A model generated the notes under the pieces. It saw only the letters and a list, made by a program, of their open reading frames with translations, was not told the origin of the DNA and ran no database searches. DNA of 40,981 bases from assembly GCF_001194135.2 (NCBI RefSeq), contig NC_069007.1:11037701-11078681 (forward strand). Reading direction: 5' to 3'. Position numbers and translations under genes: made by a program. This document shows positions 24,048 to 35,419 of the stretch, piece after piece (the stretch's first letter is position 1; each line of letters opens with the position of its first letter). The DNA is from Octopus bimaculoides. Lineage: Eukaryota.

Positions 24048-24092
24048 TATACATATATGAAGATATACATACACACACACACACACACATAT

Positions 24093-24345
24093 CTCTTTTA
24101 CTCTTTTACTCTTACTTGTTTCAGTCTTTTGACTGTGGCCATGCTGGAGCACCGCCTTTAATCGAGCAAATCGACCCCAGGACTTATTCTTTGGAAGCCT
24201 AGTACTTATTCTATCGGTCTCTTTTGCCGAACTGCTAAGTTACGGGGACATAAACACACCAGCATTGGTTGTCAAGCGATGTTGGGGGTACAAACACAGG
24301 CATACAAACATATACACACATACATATACATATATATATATATAA
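24093..24345 (-). mobile_element. SINE family A, 3' half
   Basis: Near-identical to 9462-9700. Confidence 0.9.
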
Positions 24346-25008
24346 ATGTTCTCATACTGAATATATTCGACGCAGTAAATATTTTCTGCGGATATATTCA
24401 TGGAATTGGCGCGCCAAAACGAAGACTTCTNNNNNNNNNNNNNNNNNNNNNNNNNNNNNNNNNNNNNNNNNNNNNNNNNNNNNNNNNNNNNNNNNNNNNN
24501 NNNNNNNNNNNNNNNNNNNNNNNNNNNNNNNNNNNNNNNNNNNNNNNNNNNNNNNNNNNNNNNNNNNNNNNNNNNNNNNNNNNNNNNNNNNNNNNNNNNN
24601 NNNNNNNNNNNNNNNNNNNNNNNNNNNNNNNNNNNNNNNNNNNNNNNNNNNNNNNNNNNNNNNNNNNNNNNNNNNNNNNNNNNNNNNNNNNNNNNNNNNN
24701 NNNNNNNNNNNNNNNNNNNNNNNNNNNNNNNNNNNNNNNNNNNNNNNNNNNNNNNNNNNNNNNNNNNNNNNNNNNNNNNNNNNNNNNNNNNNNNNNNNNN
24801 NNNNNNNNNNNNNNNNNNNNNNNNNNNNNNNNNNNNNNNNNNNNNNNNNNNNNNNNNNNNNNNNNNNNNNNNNNNNNNNNNNNNNNNNNNNNNNNNNNNN
24901 NNNNNNNNNNNNNNNNNNNNNNNNNNNNNNNNNNNNNNNNNNNNNNNNNNNNNNNNNNNNNNNNNNNNNNNNNNNNNNNNNNNNNNNNNNNNNNNNNNNN
25001 NNCACTCC

Positions 25009-25044
<36 letters not shown>

Positions 25045-25617
25045 ATTGTTAAAGAGGACAACAAATGTTAAGGCAAACATCTCGAGTCATACATTTTGGG
25101 AAAAAATGTTCAGTCTTGCAGCTGTTTCTGGGATATCTCAGATTATGGGAAATTCTGTCATTGGAGACAAATAGGGAAAATGGAAAGGGTGTAGATTAAT
25201 GAAATGATGATGTAGAGGACAGGAGTAAAGGAATAAGGAGATGAAGAAAGAGAAGAAAAAGGAAGCCTAAAAGTTCATAGTTCAACTTTCTGATTGTGTA
25301 GAAGTCCGTCTGTAGGTTTGTAGGTGCAATCCTGCGTAAATCCATGTAGGCTAAAGTCCTTTAACCTACATGAATTTACACCATTTGAAAACGGCTATTG
25401 AAAAGCTTGAAACTCATTAGAGTAACTGGAAACATTATCATTAAAATAAATATTATTCCTCGCAAAAGTCATCTCTACTCATTTTTTCAAATATATTATA
25501 CCTTACCAAGAACCTTTTTTTTTTATTTAACTGAGCGTCCAATAACACAATACTTGTACCACGTCATCACGTTGTTTTTTCTTGCTTGTTCTTGTTTGGA
25601 TTGACTATGTATGTATG

Positions 25618-25671
<54 letters not shown>

Positions 25672-26384
25672 GACACACACACCTTTACCTTCCTCTTTCC
25701 ATCCCATTACCTACATTCATATTTCCTTTCTTCTCCATACCACTTTACCCACCCATGTACAACTTGGGGTAACCCTATACCCATTCCTACTCAATCCTCC
25801 CCACTGTCATATCACTCTCTTTCTCACTAACTTCCGGATGCTACTTTTCCCTCCCTCCTTATTGCGCCATTCCTTCATAGTGTCCCTAACCTTTCTCATC
25901 AATAAACATGGCGTAACTCCAACTAGCTCTGGACCTAACAAACTATCCATCCCTTGCTGGCATGGCATTATGAACTGATTCATTCCATCACTGGGTCCAC
26001 ATACTCAAACCATCCTATTATCATTATCACATTGTGCCCTCCCCACTTCTTCACACTAACCCATGGTATCACTCTTTTCCTCCCCCTCCCCTCCCCTCCC
26101 CTTCCCTCCCCGTCTTCCTCTGACACCTCTACTCCCACCCCAACTCTGTTGTCTCTATTATCTGCTCTCTTACTGTCTTCTCACAATTCATCNNNNNNNN
26201 NNTAACCCATGGTATCACTCTTTTCCTCCCCCTCCCCTCCCCTCCCCTTCCCTCCCCGTCTTCCTCTGACACCTCTACTCCCACCCCAACTCTGTTGTCT
26301 CTATTATCTGCTCTCTTACTGTCTTCTCACAATTCATCCCTTTTCTATTATGGGATGCTCTCTTGCTTTGCAAATTGCTAAGTA

Positions 26385-26690
26385 ACCCCAACAGTGCTGG
26401 TGCCACGAAAAGTATTTGGTACGCTTTATGTTTTTGCTAATCAATGCACACAACAACAATGCATGACTTGAGGGGAATCGTTAGTCTTACTAATGGCAAA
26501 ACAATCACTATAGGGCTAGTGCCACAAAAAATGCCCCCAGTTAACTTTGTAAAGTGGTGAGGGCAATGAAGGGCATCCAGCCATTGAGGCCCTGCCAAAA
26601 ACAAGACTTTAGAGGAAAATATGGTTCTCTGACCTGTTCTATCAACCCATCCTACCCATGCCAGCACAGAAAGGGCAACTTCTACCACCA
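26385..26690 (+). mobile_element. Diverged RTE 3' end
   Basis: gtgctggtgccacgaaaag, gaagggcatccagcc, aacccatcctacccatgccagca. Confidence 0.55.
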
Positions 26691-26990
26691 CCACCACCAC
26701 CAACACATCCAACACCACAACTACCACCACCACTACAACACCACCACTACAACACCACAACCACCAACACCACTGCCACCACTACCACACCCACCACCAA
26801 CACCACAACCACCACCACCAACACATCCACTGCCACTACCACAACCACCACCAACACCACTGCCACCACTACCACACCCAACACCACAACCACTACCACC
26901 ACACCCATCACCACCACCACCATTACCCCTCCCACCACCACCACCATTACCACTCCACCACATCCACTGCTTCCACCGCTACCATTACTA
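26690..26990. repeat. (ACC/CAC)n low-complexity tract
   Basis: Direct reading; starts at the tail position of the preceding RTE end. Confidence 0.9.
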
Positions 26991-27120
26991 ACAGACAGAT
27001 AAATTACAGCGTGAAAAGTAATTTCTGTGTTGTCATAGTGATACTATATAATCTATATAATACTAAATGTCATCTACTGCAGTATAAACGGGTGAATTAG
27101 GTGCACTGATGTACAGCATG

Positions 27121-27205
27121 TGCACACGGCTGCACACAAGTGTGCATTGCACATTGCACACTGCTCATATTAACATCTCGATTTTCAGACCGACCTGTGC
27201 GTGCA
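27121..27205. promoter_or_regulatory. Putative cluster of five MRE cores (TGCRCNC)
   Basis: TGCACAC at 27121, 27131 and 27155 on plus; reverse-strand cores at 27140-27146 and 27199-27205. Confidence 0.25.
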
Positions 27206-27673
27206 CGTATGAATATATTCATATATATTTATATGCCTGTCTCTCTGTATGTATGTATTAATGTATGTATCTATGTATGTATCTGTGTATACTTATGTTT
27301 GTATCTATGTACTTGTATGTAAGTATGTTTGTACGTGTATGCTTGCATGTATTGTTTTGTATGTGTTTATGTATGTGTGTATGTAAAAAATGTATGAGTG
27401 TGTGCATGTTTTGTATGCATGTTTGATACCTGCAGGCATGCATAAATGCAGGCGTATATCTATGCGTTTATAGATATGGATATGTATGCATGTATGTGTG
27501 GCTGGTTGTGCATATATATATGTTTGTTTGTGTGTGTGCATGTGTTTGTGTGCTTGTGTGTGTACTTTTGTGTGTACTTTTGTGTGTGTGTTTGAGTTTG
27601 TGTGGGTGTGTGTGTTTGAGTTTGGGTGTGTGTGTTTGTGTATGGGTATGTGTGTTTGTGTGCATGTGTGAGT

Positions 27674-27712
<39 letters not shown>

Positions 27713-27713
<1 letters not shown>

Positions 27714-27935
27714 CTTTTATGTTTTATCTTTTATTTGTTTTAGTCATTAGACTGTGGCCATGCTGGGGCTCCACCTTGTAGAAATTTATAGTCGAACATA
27801 ACCCCAGAACTTTTTCTCTTTTAAGCCTGGTACTTATTCTATCTATCTCTTTTACTGAACTGCTAATGTTACTGGGACATAAACACACCAACACTTGTTA
27901 TCAAGTAGTGGTGGTGGGACAAACACACACACATA
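27713..27935 (-). mobile_element. SINE family A, 3' half, diverged
   Basis: gtcattagactgtggccatgctgg..acataaacacacca. Confidence 0.8.
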
Positions 27936-28315
27936 CATAGATATATACATATATATATAAAATAAATAATATATGCATATATACATACATATAGGTATAT
28001 ATTTATATATATATATATATCTATATATATATATATATGTAAATATCAGCAAAAGGGCAAGAAGATATAATAGTTAATCAAACATACATAGACAGACAGA
28101 CAGACAGACAAGTAGGTGAGCCTACAGATATATCAATAGATATGCAGGTAGAAATACATTGATAGATATGCAGCTAGGGATATATTAATAGATATACTAA
28201 TAGGTAGGTTTCAGAAATGAAGTGAAGAGAAATGAAAATAATCTCAATAAGTAAATAACTGCAACTAAATCTTGGTGGTGATTGGACAACAAAAAGTATA
28301 GATTTTTTTTTTATA

Positions 28316-29245
28316 TACAGGGTGCAATGGGTAAATTGTCACCAGTTTATATTTTTAATTTTGTTGACTACACAGTATAGCAGGGTCAGTTGGGCACCAT
28401 CTGTGAGAAAAACAGCAACATGGCACAATTCACTCTGCTAGAAATTTGGAAACAATGTGCTGTACGGCTTGGCATGCACACCGGCTCCAATACACAGTGC
28501 CAGAAGCTCCAATATGAAGCACTGGAAGCTCCAATATGAAGCGGCAGAAGCTCAAATATGAAGGCCAGAAGCTCCAATACAAAGCGCTGGAAGCTCCAAT
28601 ACGAAGTGTCAGAAGCTCCAGTATGAACATGTACCAGTATAAACATGTACCAGTATAAACATGTACCAAAAGAACATGTACTGAGAGTGATAAAACGCAA
28701 ACATCATGGTGTTTAGAGTGATCACTAATGATGGTAATGTTATGCCTCCATTCATCATCTCACATGCCTCAGACTCACCACATAGGCCTACATCAAGTGC
28801 CTGGAGGCAGTAGAGCTGCCCTGGATGAAGAGGGTGGATGACCCTATGTCTGGCAATAAGACTCTGCACCATGGCACACAAGCAGGAGAACCCAGTCATG
28901 GCTGTCAGACAATTTCTGTGACCACACCACCCCTAACATCTGGCCACCTAACTTCCCAGACAGCAACCCCATTCATTATTATGTGTGTGGGGCAAGTTGG
29001 GCGAGAGACCAACAAAACTCCTTGTAACACCAAAGATGAACTGAAGGCAAGGATTATGACAGCATTCATTAACTTAAACAAGGATGCCATCCAGAAAAGT
29101 TGCAGAAGATTCCAAAGTCATCTGGAGGCCATGGTTGAAGCCAATGACGATTTTATTGAATAAATTTACTCTTTATTATTTCAAGATATTTTTATGTAAT
29201 TCTGGTAAATATACCTGTTAAAATGAGATGTCATTTTCATTTTTG
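28316..29245 (+). mobile_element. Tc1/mariner DD37D (maT-like) transposon remnant, internally deleted
   Basis: Left end TA|cagggtg; IMVFRVITNDGNVMPPF; YVWQ*DSAPWH..WPPNFPDSNPIHY has 37 residues between D2 and the D3 position; ends FQSHLEAMVEANDDFIE*. Confidence 0.85.
28482..28682 (+). repeat. Two-part minisatellite: 22 bp x7 then 16 bp x4
   Basis: aagctcc at 28504, 28526, 28548, 28569, 28591 and 28613 (plus partial unit at 28482); aacatgtac at 28626, 28642, 28658 and 28673. Confidence 0.95.
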
Positions 29246-29249
29246 CGTA

Positions 29250-29697
29250 AATTACATGACAGTCTATTCAGCTTTGTGATAGTCAATCCAGGCCATTCCC
29301 AGATTTGTTCTCCTTTCTTTACAATCTTGCATTACCATTTTATCTATCAATAGTTGATCTTTGATACGTCTGCATCTCCTTCTACAACCTTTTGGTTCCA
29401 ATGGTAATATATCATTCTCATCAAGAAGTTTATACAGTTCTTCTGCAATTCCTCCTGACAGTAGATTCCACATTAATGGGAGTCAGGAAATTGGTCTGTA
29501 ATTGTCAGCAGCATTTCCCTTTGATGCATCCTTCAGGCACAATACCATTCGTCCTTTTGTCAACCAGCCGGGGATTTCTTCTTCTCCGTTGATCAATGCA
29601 TTAAATTTGCTCAGTGATCAATTTACAGCAACTGCTGGACTTTTTTTTATCCAAAATCTCTGTACATCATTAGGTCCTACTGCTTTCCAGTTGCTTA
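29250..29697 (-). mobile_element. R4/Dong-like RT fragment
   Basis: [77 protein letters not shown]. Confidence 0.85.
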
Positions 29698-29699
29698 TC

Positions 29700-29744
<45 letters not shown>

Positions 29745-29750
29745 ATATAG

Positions 29751-30585
29751 TTCTGAGTTCAAATTCTGCTGAGATTGACTTTGCTTTTCATCCTTTCGGG
29801 GTCAATAAATTAAGTACCAGTTATGTACTGGGGTCGATCTAATTGACTGCCCCCCCTCTCCCAAAATTTTGGGCCTTGTGCCTAGAGTAGAAAAGAATTG
29901 TTGTTGTTATTGTTATTATTATAACTGAGCTGGCAGAATTGTTAGCATGTCAGGTAAAATACTTAGCCTCATTTCTTCAGGCATTTTACATTCTGAGTTC
30001 AAATCCTGCCAAGGTCAACTTTGCCTTTTGTCCTTTTGGGGTCAATAAGATAAAGTATAAGTTGAGCACTTGGATTGATTTGATTGACTTTTTCCCTTTC
30101 CCTAAAATTGCTAGCTTTGTGTGTTTTTTATCCTTGTATTGAATATATAATATAATGAATCAGGGGTGGGAGAAAGAAAGTCTATACACAACACACTACT
30201 TTTCCTATTGCATGAGACTCAATGATGTGTATGAAAGCTCACAGTGAACTGCTACCAACCTGAACTGTCAATCGCTCACAGTTCTTTGTTTTATAACAAT
30301 GGGTCCATCCACCTTTTAATCACTTGTGGGGTGGTCAAAATCCTTCCACAACAGTGCCAAATTGAAATCCATTATATTATTATCAAGGCAATGAGTTGGC
30401 AGAAACTTCAGGATGTTAGGCAAAATGCTTAGCAGCATTTCTCCCTGCTCTAATTGTTTTGGATTCAAATTCCACCGACGTTGACTTTTCCTTTCATCCT
30501 TTTGAGGGTTGATAGAATAAGTACCTCTCCCTCAAATTTTCAGGCCTTGTGCTTATTGTAGAAAGTATCATCATCATCTTCATTA
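29751..30585 (+). mobile_element. Three SINE family B copies (about 29751-29922, 29923-30138, 30385-30585)
   Basis: Repeated gagttcaaattc..gactttgc.tttcatcctt..ggggtc.ataa..taagtacc cores. Confidence 0.8.
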
Positions 30586-30929
30586 TCTGTTCATTTCGTT
30601 GTCTCTTTCTTACTCTCTTCCACTCTTTTCGTTTTTCTCTTCCATCTCTGTTTTGCAAGAGAGAAATAAGGAGTGGTCGGAGGTAGTAAGGGGAAAGTAC
30701 CTCACACCAGTGATGCTTCAGGAATCAAAAGAAAGACAACAACTGTCACACAAACAGTTTGATTTTGAGGTTGAAGTTTGCACCTAGACTAGTCTAATCT
30801 GGTATAAATCTGGAGTTAATCTTCAGACAAACTAAACAGAACTAATTCTTCGAGAAACTTTTGGTTCATAGAAAATGAAATAATATATATATGTGTATGT
30901 ATATGTGTTTATGTATGTATGTGTATATA

Positions 30930-30966
<37 letters not shown>

Positions 30967-31058
30967 TTACTCACTTATGTGTCAATAATTAAAATATATG
31001 TACACAGATATATGCCTACAAATGTCTATATAAATGTGTGTGTATATGTGTGTGTGTA

Positions 31059-31187
31059 GAGGTAGTCGATAGCTTCCGCTATCTGGGCGACCAAGTTAGT
31101 AGTGGGGGTGGGTGCGCTGAAAGTGTAGCTGCTAGAATAAGAATAGCCTGGGCAAAGTTTAGAGAGCTCTTACCCCTGCTGGCGACA
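31059..31187 (+). mobile_element. RTE LINE RT fragment running into gap 31188-31603
   Basis: EVVDSFRYLGDQVSSGGGCAESVAARIRIAWAKFRELLPLLAT. Confidence 0.9.
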
Positions 31188-31603
31188 NNNNNNNNNNNNN
31201 NNNNNNNNNNNNNNNNNNNNNNNNNNNNNNNNNNNNNNNNNNNNNNNNNNNNNNNNNNNNNNNNNNNNNNNNNNNNNNNNNNNNNNNNNNNNNNNNNNNN
31301 NNNNNNNNNNNNNNNNNNNNNNNNNNNNNNNNNNNNNNNNNNNNNNNNNNNNNNNNNNNNNNNNNNNNNNNNNNNNNNNNNNNNNNNNNNNNNNNNNNNN
31401 NNNNNNNNNNNNNNNNNNNNNNNNNNNNNNNNNNNNNNNNNNNNNNNNNNNNNNNNNNNNNNNNNNNNNNNNNNNNNNNNNNNNNNNNNNNNNNNNNNNN
31501 NNNNNNNNNNNNNNNNNNNNNNNNNNNNNNNNNNNNNNNNNNNNNNNNNNNNNNNNNNNNNNNNNNNNNNNNNNNNNNNNNNNNNNNNNNNNNNNNNNNN
31601 NNN

Positions 31604-31659
<56 letters not shown>

Positions 31660-32332
31660 AATAAATAAAATATATGTACACATATCCCTACAAATGTATA
31701 TAAATGTGTGTGCATATATGTGTGTATATATGTATATGCATGTGTGTGTGTGTGTGTGCGTGTATAATACCAATGTGGCATAGAGGAATGATACAGAATC
31801 AATGGTAAAAGAGGAATAAATACACACATGGATACTGATATGTTCATTCCCTCATCAGTTATCGCAGTTATCAACCAAATATCATCACAATCGTGATACA
31901 TTATGATAATATTGTTTAGTTTGGCTGTGTTGTAACATAAGCTGCTGGGGTATCAATGAATGGACATGATGAACACAAAGAGGAAAAGTAAAACAAGTAC
32001 AAGAACAAGAAAAGATGAGGTTTCTCTACTGAATGATAAAAAGGATGAGTTATGAGGAAAATAGAAGAAAATATATAAAATGAAATAAGTAAATAAAAAA
32101 ACAAATAAATAAATAAATAAATGAGACCAGGCACAAAAAAACATCAAATGACATACAGAGATATTTATATACATAGAATCTCTTTTGACAATGTAGCAAA
32201 ATTAAGACATGGTCCTATCAAGAGCATCTAACCATAAATTACTGCTTCTGAAGCTCTCAGCTAACCCACACCAGCATAGAGAAGTTGATGTGAAAACGTG
32301 TGTAAATTTTCACATAAACACAACTATGCATA

Positions 32333-32552
32333 GGATGGGTCGGGGCTGAAAAGTTCCTGGCTTTGGGTAAAAGAAAATAGAGAAGGATCAGTTAATTATG
32401 ATTTTATTCAACATATTCCCCTCACAGATTCACACACTTATTGCAGCAGTCCTTCAGTTTTTCTAAGCCTTGTAAAAGAACTTGTTGGGTGGAGCCTCCA
32501 ACCAGGCCTTTCATGATACTCGTAAAACCAGGATCTTTACAGCACCCCTCAT
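32333..32552. mobile_element. Mariner-derived MITE, copy 1
   Basis: Degenerate TIRs gctgaaaagttcctgg / ccaggatctttacagcacccctc; the minus strand encodes GLEKLKDCCNKCVNL, a mariner transposase C-terminus. Confidence 0.8.
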
Positions 32553-32580
32553 TTACGTATGCGTGTGTGTGTGTGTGTGT

Positions 32581-32638
<58 letters not shown>

Positions 32639-33171
32639 TCACACAAATTCAAAACAATATATATATATATGCCAGGAACATTACAACACCCCCTCATATG
32701 TGTATGTGGCCACTGTCCATGCAATATCTATACTCTTCCCTGTACCTGTGAAATCTTGTATTCCTGCCGTAAGGCTTCACTTTTACACACGCCAGCTTAA
32801 TTTAATTCGTCCTTAGTCGAAAGACACCTGTTGTTATGTCCTGTTATTTGTATTTGCGTAACCTTCTCCGTTTTTTTCCGTCCTTGTTTTCATGTACATT
32901 CGCTGCTTTCTTCCAAGGAATCTAATGCTCTTAGCTTAGTTTTTCCTTGGGATTGGCCAGATTGGAGCAATCTCGAGTATAACCAGCCAAAATTGCAAAG
33001 ATAATCTGGAACTTGACTGAGGAAAGAAAACTCTGGATGACCTGTTCTTGTTTTCTTTGTATTGTCTATCAGGATGTTTTGTTATTCCTTTCCTGTATCA
33101 CCTTACTGTCTGAATATTTTGCGCTCTTGTCCCATTTTGGTTTTCATCATCATCATAATCATCGTTTAACA

Positions 33172-33370
33172 TCCTGGCTTTGGGTGAAAGAAAATATAAG
33201 AGGATCAGTTAATTATGATTTTATTCAACATATTCCTCTCTCAGATTCACACACTTATTGCAGCAGTCCTTCAGTTTTTCAAAACCCTGTACAAGGACTC
33301 AGAAGATTGGGCCTCCAGTCAGGCCTTTTGCGATATTTTTAAAGCCTGGAATTTTTCAGCACCCCTCGTA
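33172..33370. mobile_element. Mariner-derived MITE, copy 2 (left TIR lost)
   Basis: Matches copies 1 and 3; ends ttttcagcacccctcg|ta. Confidence 0.85.
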
Positions 33371-33415
33371 TGTATATTTTACAAGCTTAAAAACCGTTTG
33401 CAAGCAGCTTTTAAG

Positions 33416-34130
33416 CTAGCTCCCGTAGAGGGCTCTTCATTGGGCCTTGGACCCAACAATGACACTTGAACAATATTTTTGAAGCATTGAACAATTTTCA
33501 TCAAAACAATGATATAATTTGTTGACTTGGAACTTATTGCAAAGCTGCATGATAAACAACATTTTTTGTCTTTCCATTCATGGTCAGTACAAATAGCTTG
33601 TTTCTATTCCCTACCCTTGAACAACCAACATATAGCTGACCATAGGCAACAATAAACTTACCTTCTAAAGGTTCAACAATAATTCTTCTTCCACCACTTA
33701 ATTTAAAGACAATTTGATGTACGTAGGGCCTCACTTTTCATAAAAACAATTATCTTTAGTAGCTGGTATGTATCTAAACTCCTGTTTGTAGTTTGAAGGA
33801 AAATTATACCACTCTTGCTAAACACTATATTAAAGTGCAATTTTTATGGTCTGGAATTGCTCCAAACATATTTGACCATAAAGATGTTTGAAATTTAGTA
33901 TTTTTTAGTATTTTTTAAGATAATAATAGAATTAGTCGAATCTATTTTCATGCAGTAGGAATGTGTAAATTTTCCATAGCTCCAATAGCTGATGGCATGA
34001 CAATAATTCTGACAAATTATGAGCGGTAATATTGTGTGAGAGAGTGAGTTCAATATGTATTTCAGTTCGAACGTTATGAAGCACATGTTATTGTTACATT
34101 ACTTGATACATTTATAATATTTAGAGAAAT
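33416..34130 (-). mobile_element. Helitron remnant (Rep/helicase C-terminus); upstream extent uncertain
   Basis: YGQLYVGCSRVGNRNKLFVLTMNGKTKNVVYHAALQ* matches the Helitron PIF1-like helicase end (HGQLYVA.SRV..KTKNIVY); a CTAG lies downstream at 33416-33419. Confidence 0.7.
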
Positions 34131-34141
34131 ATTTTTTTCAA

Positions 34142-34674
34142 AGAAGACCTGTTGAGACAAGTGAAATCGAAATGGATCCAAATTCGACGACTGGCACCCA
34201 TGCCAACCTCTCCTTCATTGGACACTAAACTCTGCTTGCAAAGACCTGTTGGGGCAAGTGAAATCGAAATCGTGATGGCACCTGTACCAGTGGAGCACTA
34301 ANNNNNNNNNNGTAAATAGCACCATTTGAGCATGATCGTTACCAGTGTCGCCTTACTGGCACAGGAAAAAAACATTCGAGCGAGGTCGTTGCCAGTGCCG
34401 CTGGACTGGCTCCTGTGCAGGTGGCACGTATAAAACACCATTTTGAGCATGGCCATTGCCAGTACCTCCTGACTGGCCTTTGTGCCAGTGGCACATAAAA
34501 GCATCCACTACACTCTGAGTGGCTGGCGTTAGGAGGGGCATCCAGCTGTAGAAACTCTGCCAAATCAGATTGGGGCCTGGTGTAACCATCTGGTTCGCCA
34601 GTCCTCAGTCAAATTGTCCAACCCATGCTAGCATGGAAGGCAGATGTTAAACGATGATGATGATAATGATGATG
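34142..34674 (+). mobile_element. RTE LINE 3' UTR and tail (10-N gap inside)
   Basis: Reverse complement of the 459-1011 type sequence. Confidence 0.9.
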
Positions 34675-34859
34675 TTAGGATTAAGAAAAAACCAAGAATG
34701 AAGAATAGTAGAAGAGTCATTGAATAGTGAGAGAGGGGTAAAGCATGAGGAACAGTAGAAGTGTCATTGAATAACGAGAGAGAGGGTTGGAGGAATAAAG
34801 TTGTAAAAGTGTGACAGACTGACACTCGCTTTCGCATTTATTATTATAAATATATACAT

Positions 34860-35078
34860 TATGAGGGGATGCTGAAAAGCTCCTGGCTTTGGGTAAAAGA
34901 AAATACAGGAGGATCACTTAATTATGATTTTATTCAACATATTCCCCTCTCAGATTCACACACTTATTGCAATAGTCCTTCAGTTTTTCTAAGCCTTGAA
35001 AAAGAACTTGTGGGGTTGGGCCTCCAACCATGTCATTCATGATACCCTTTTAACCAGGAAGTTTTCAGCACCCCTCCC
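34860..35078. mobile_element. Mariner-derived MITE, copy 3
   Basis: TA|tgaggggatgctgaaaagctcctgg and ccaggaagttttcagcacccctc TIRs. Confidence 0.9.
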
Positions 35079-35419
35079 TGTACATACACACACGTGTGTG
35101 TGTGTGTGTGTGTTCATGCACATATCACTATTGTTATGTATAGCTATGTATAACAAGCTTCATGTGAAATGTAACACCAGTTGTTAGATATAAACTGGTG
35201 ACCTTTTGACACCTTAACCCTTTGACCTTTTGGCCAGTTGTAAATTCTTTGAACAATAAGTGTGCACTGAATGTGAAATCCAGTTAACTAAACTAGTCAT
35301 ACCCCACAATCCAGTGCCTGTCATTAAGATTGAACTCCTGGCCCCTGTGTTTGAGTGGTCAGCTAATCAAATTTCAAGAGAATATCTTTCATAATCTCTC
35401 CAGCTAAAATCCTGAGTAA

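Noticed and set aside
26057-26338. Exact 136-bp direct repeat
   Set aside because: The two identical copies flank a 10-N gap (26193-26202), the signature of an unmerged contig overlap.
26554-27002. Thr-rich (mucin-like) and Pro-rich ORFs
   Set aside because: They come from an (ACC)n tract seeded at an RTE tail; several frames are open and there is no exon evidence.
30599-30787. 62-aa ORF after a polypyrimidine tract
   Set aside because: No recognisable homology and no convincing donor site.
32750-33120. Possible Penelope-like terminal repeat with a hammerhead ribozyme (ctgagga..gaaa near 33015-33030)
   Set aside because: There is no stem II between CTGANGA and GAAA, and the Penelope assignment rests on vague recollection only.
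35195-35235. TGACCT half-site cluster (nuclear receptor DR-like)
   Set aside because: The half-sites are imperfect and do not form a clean DR1/DR2, and the motif is short enough to be chance.
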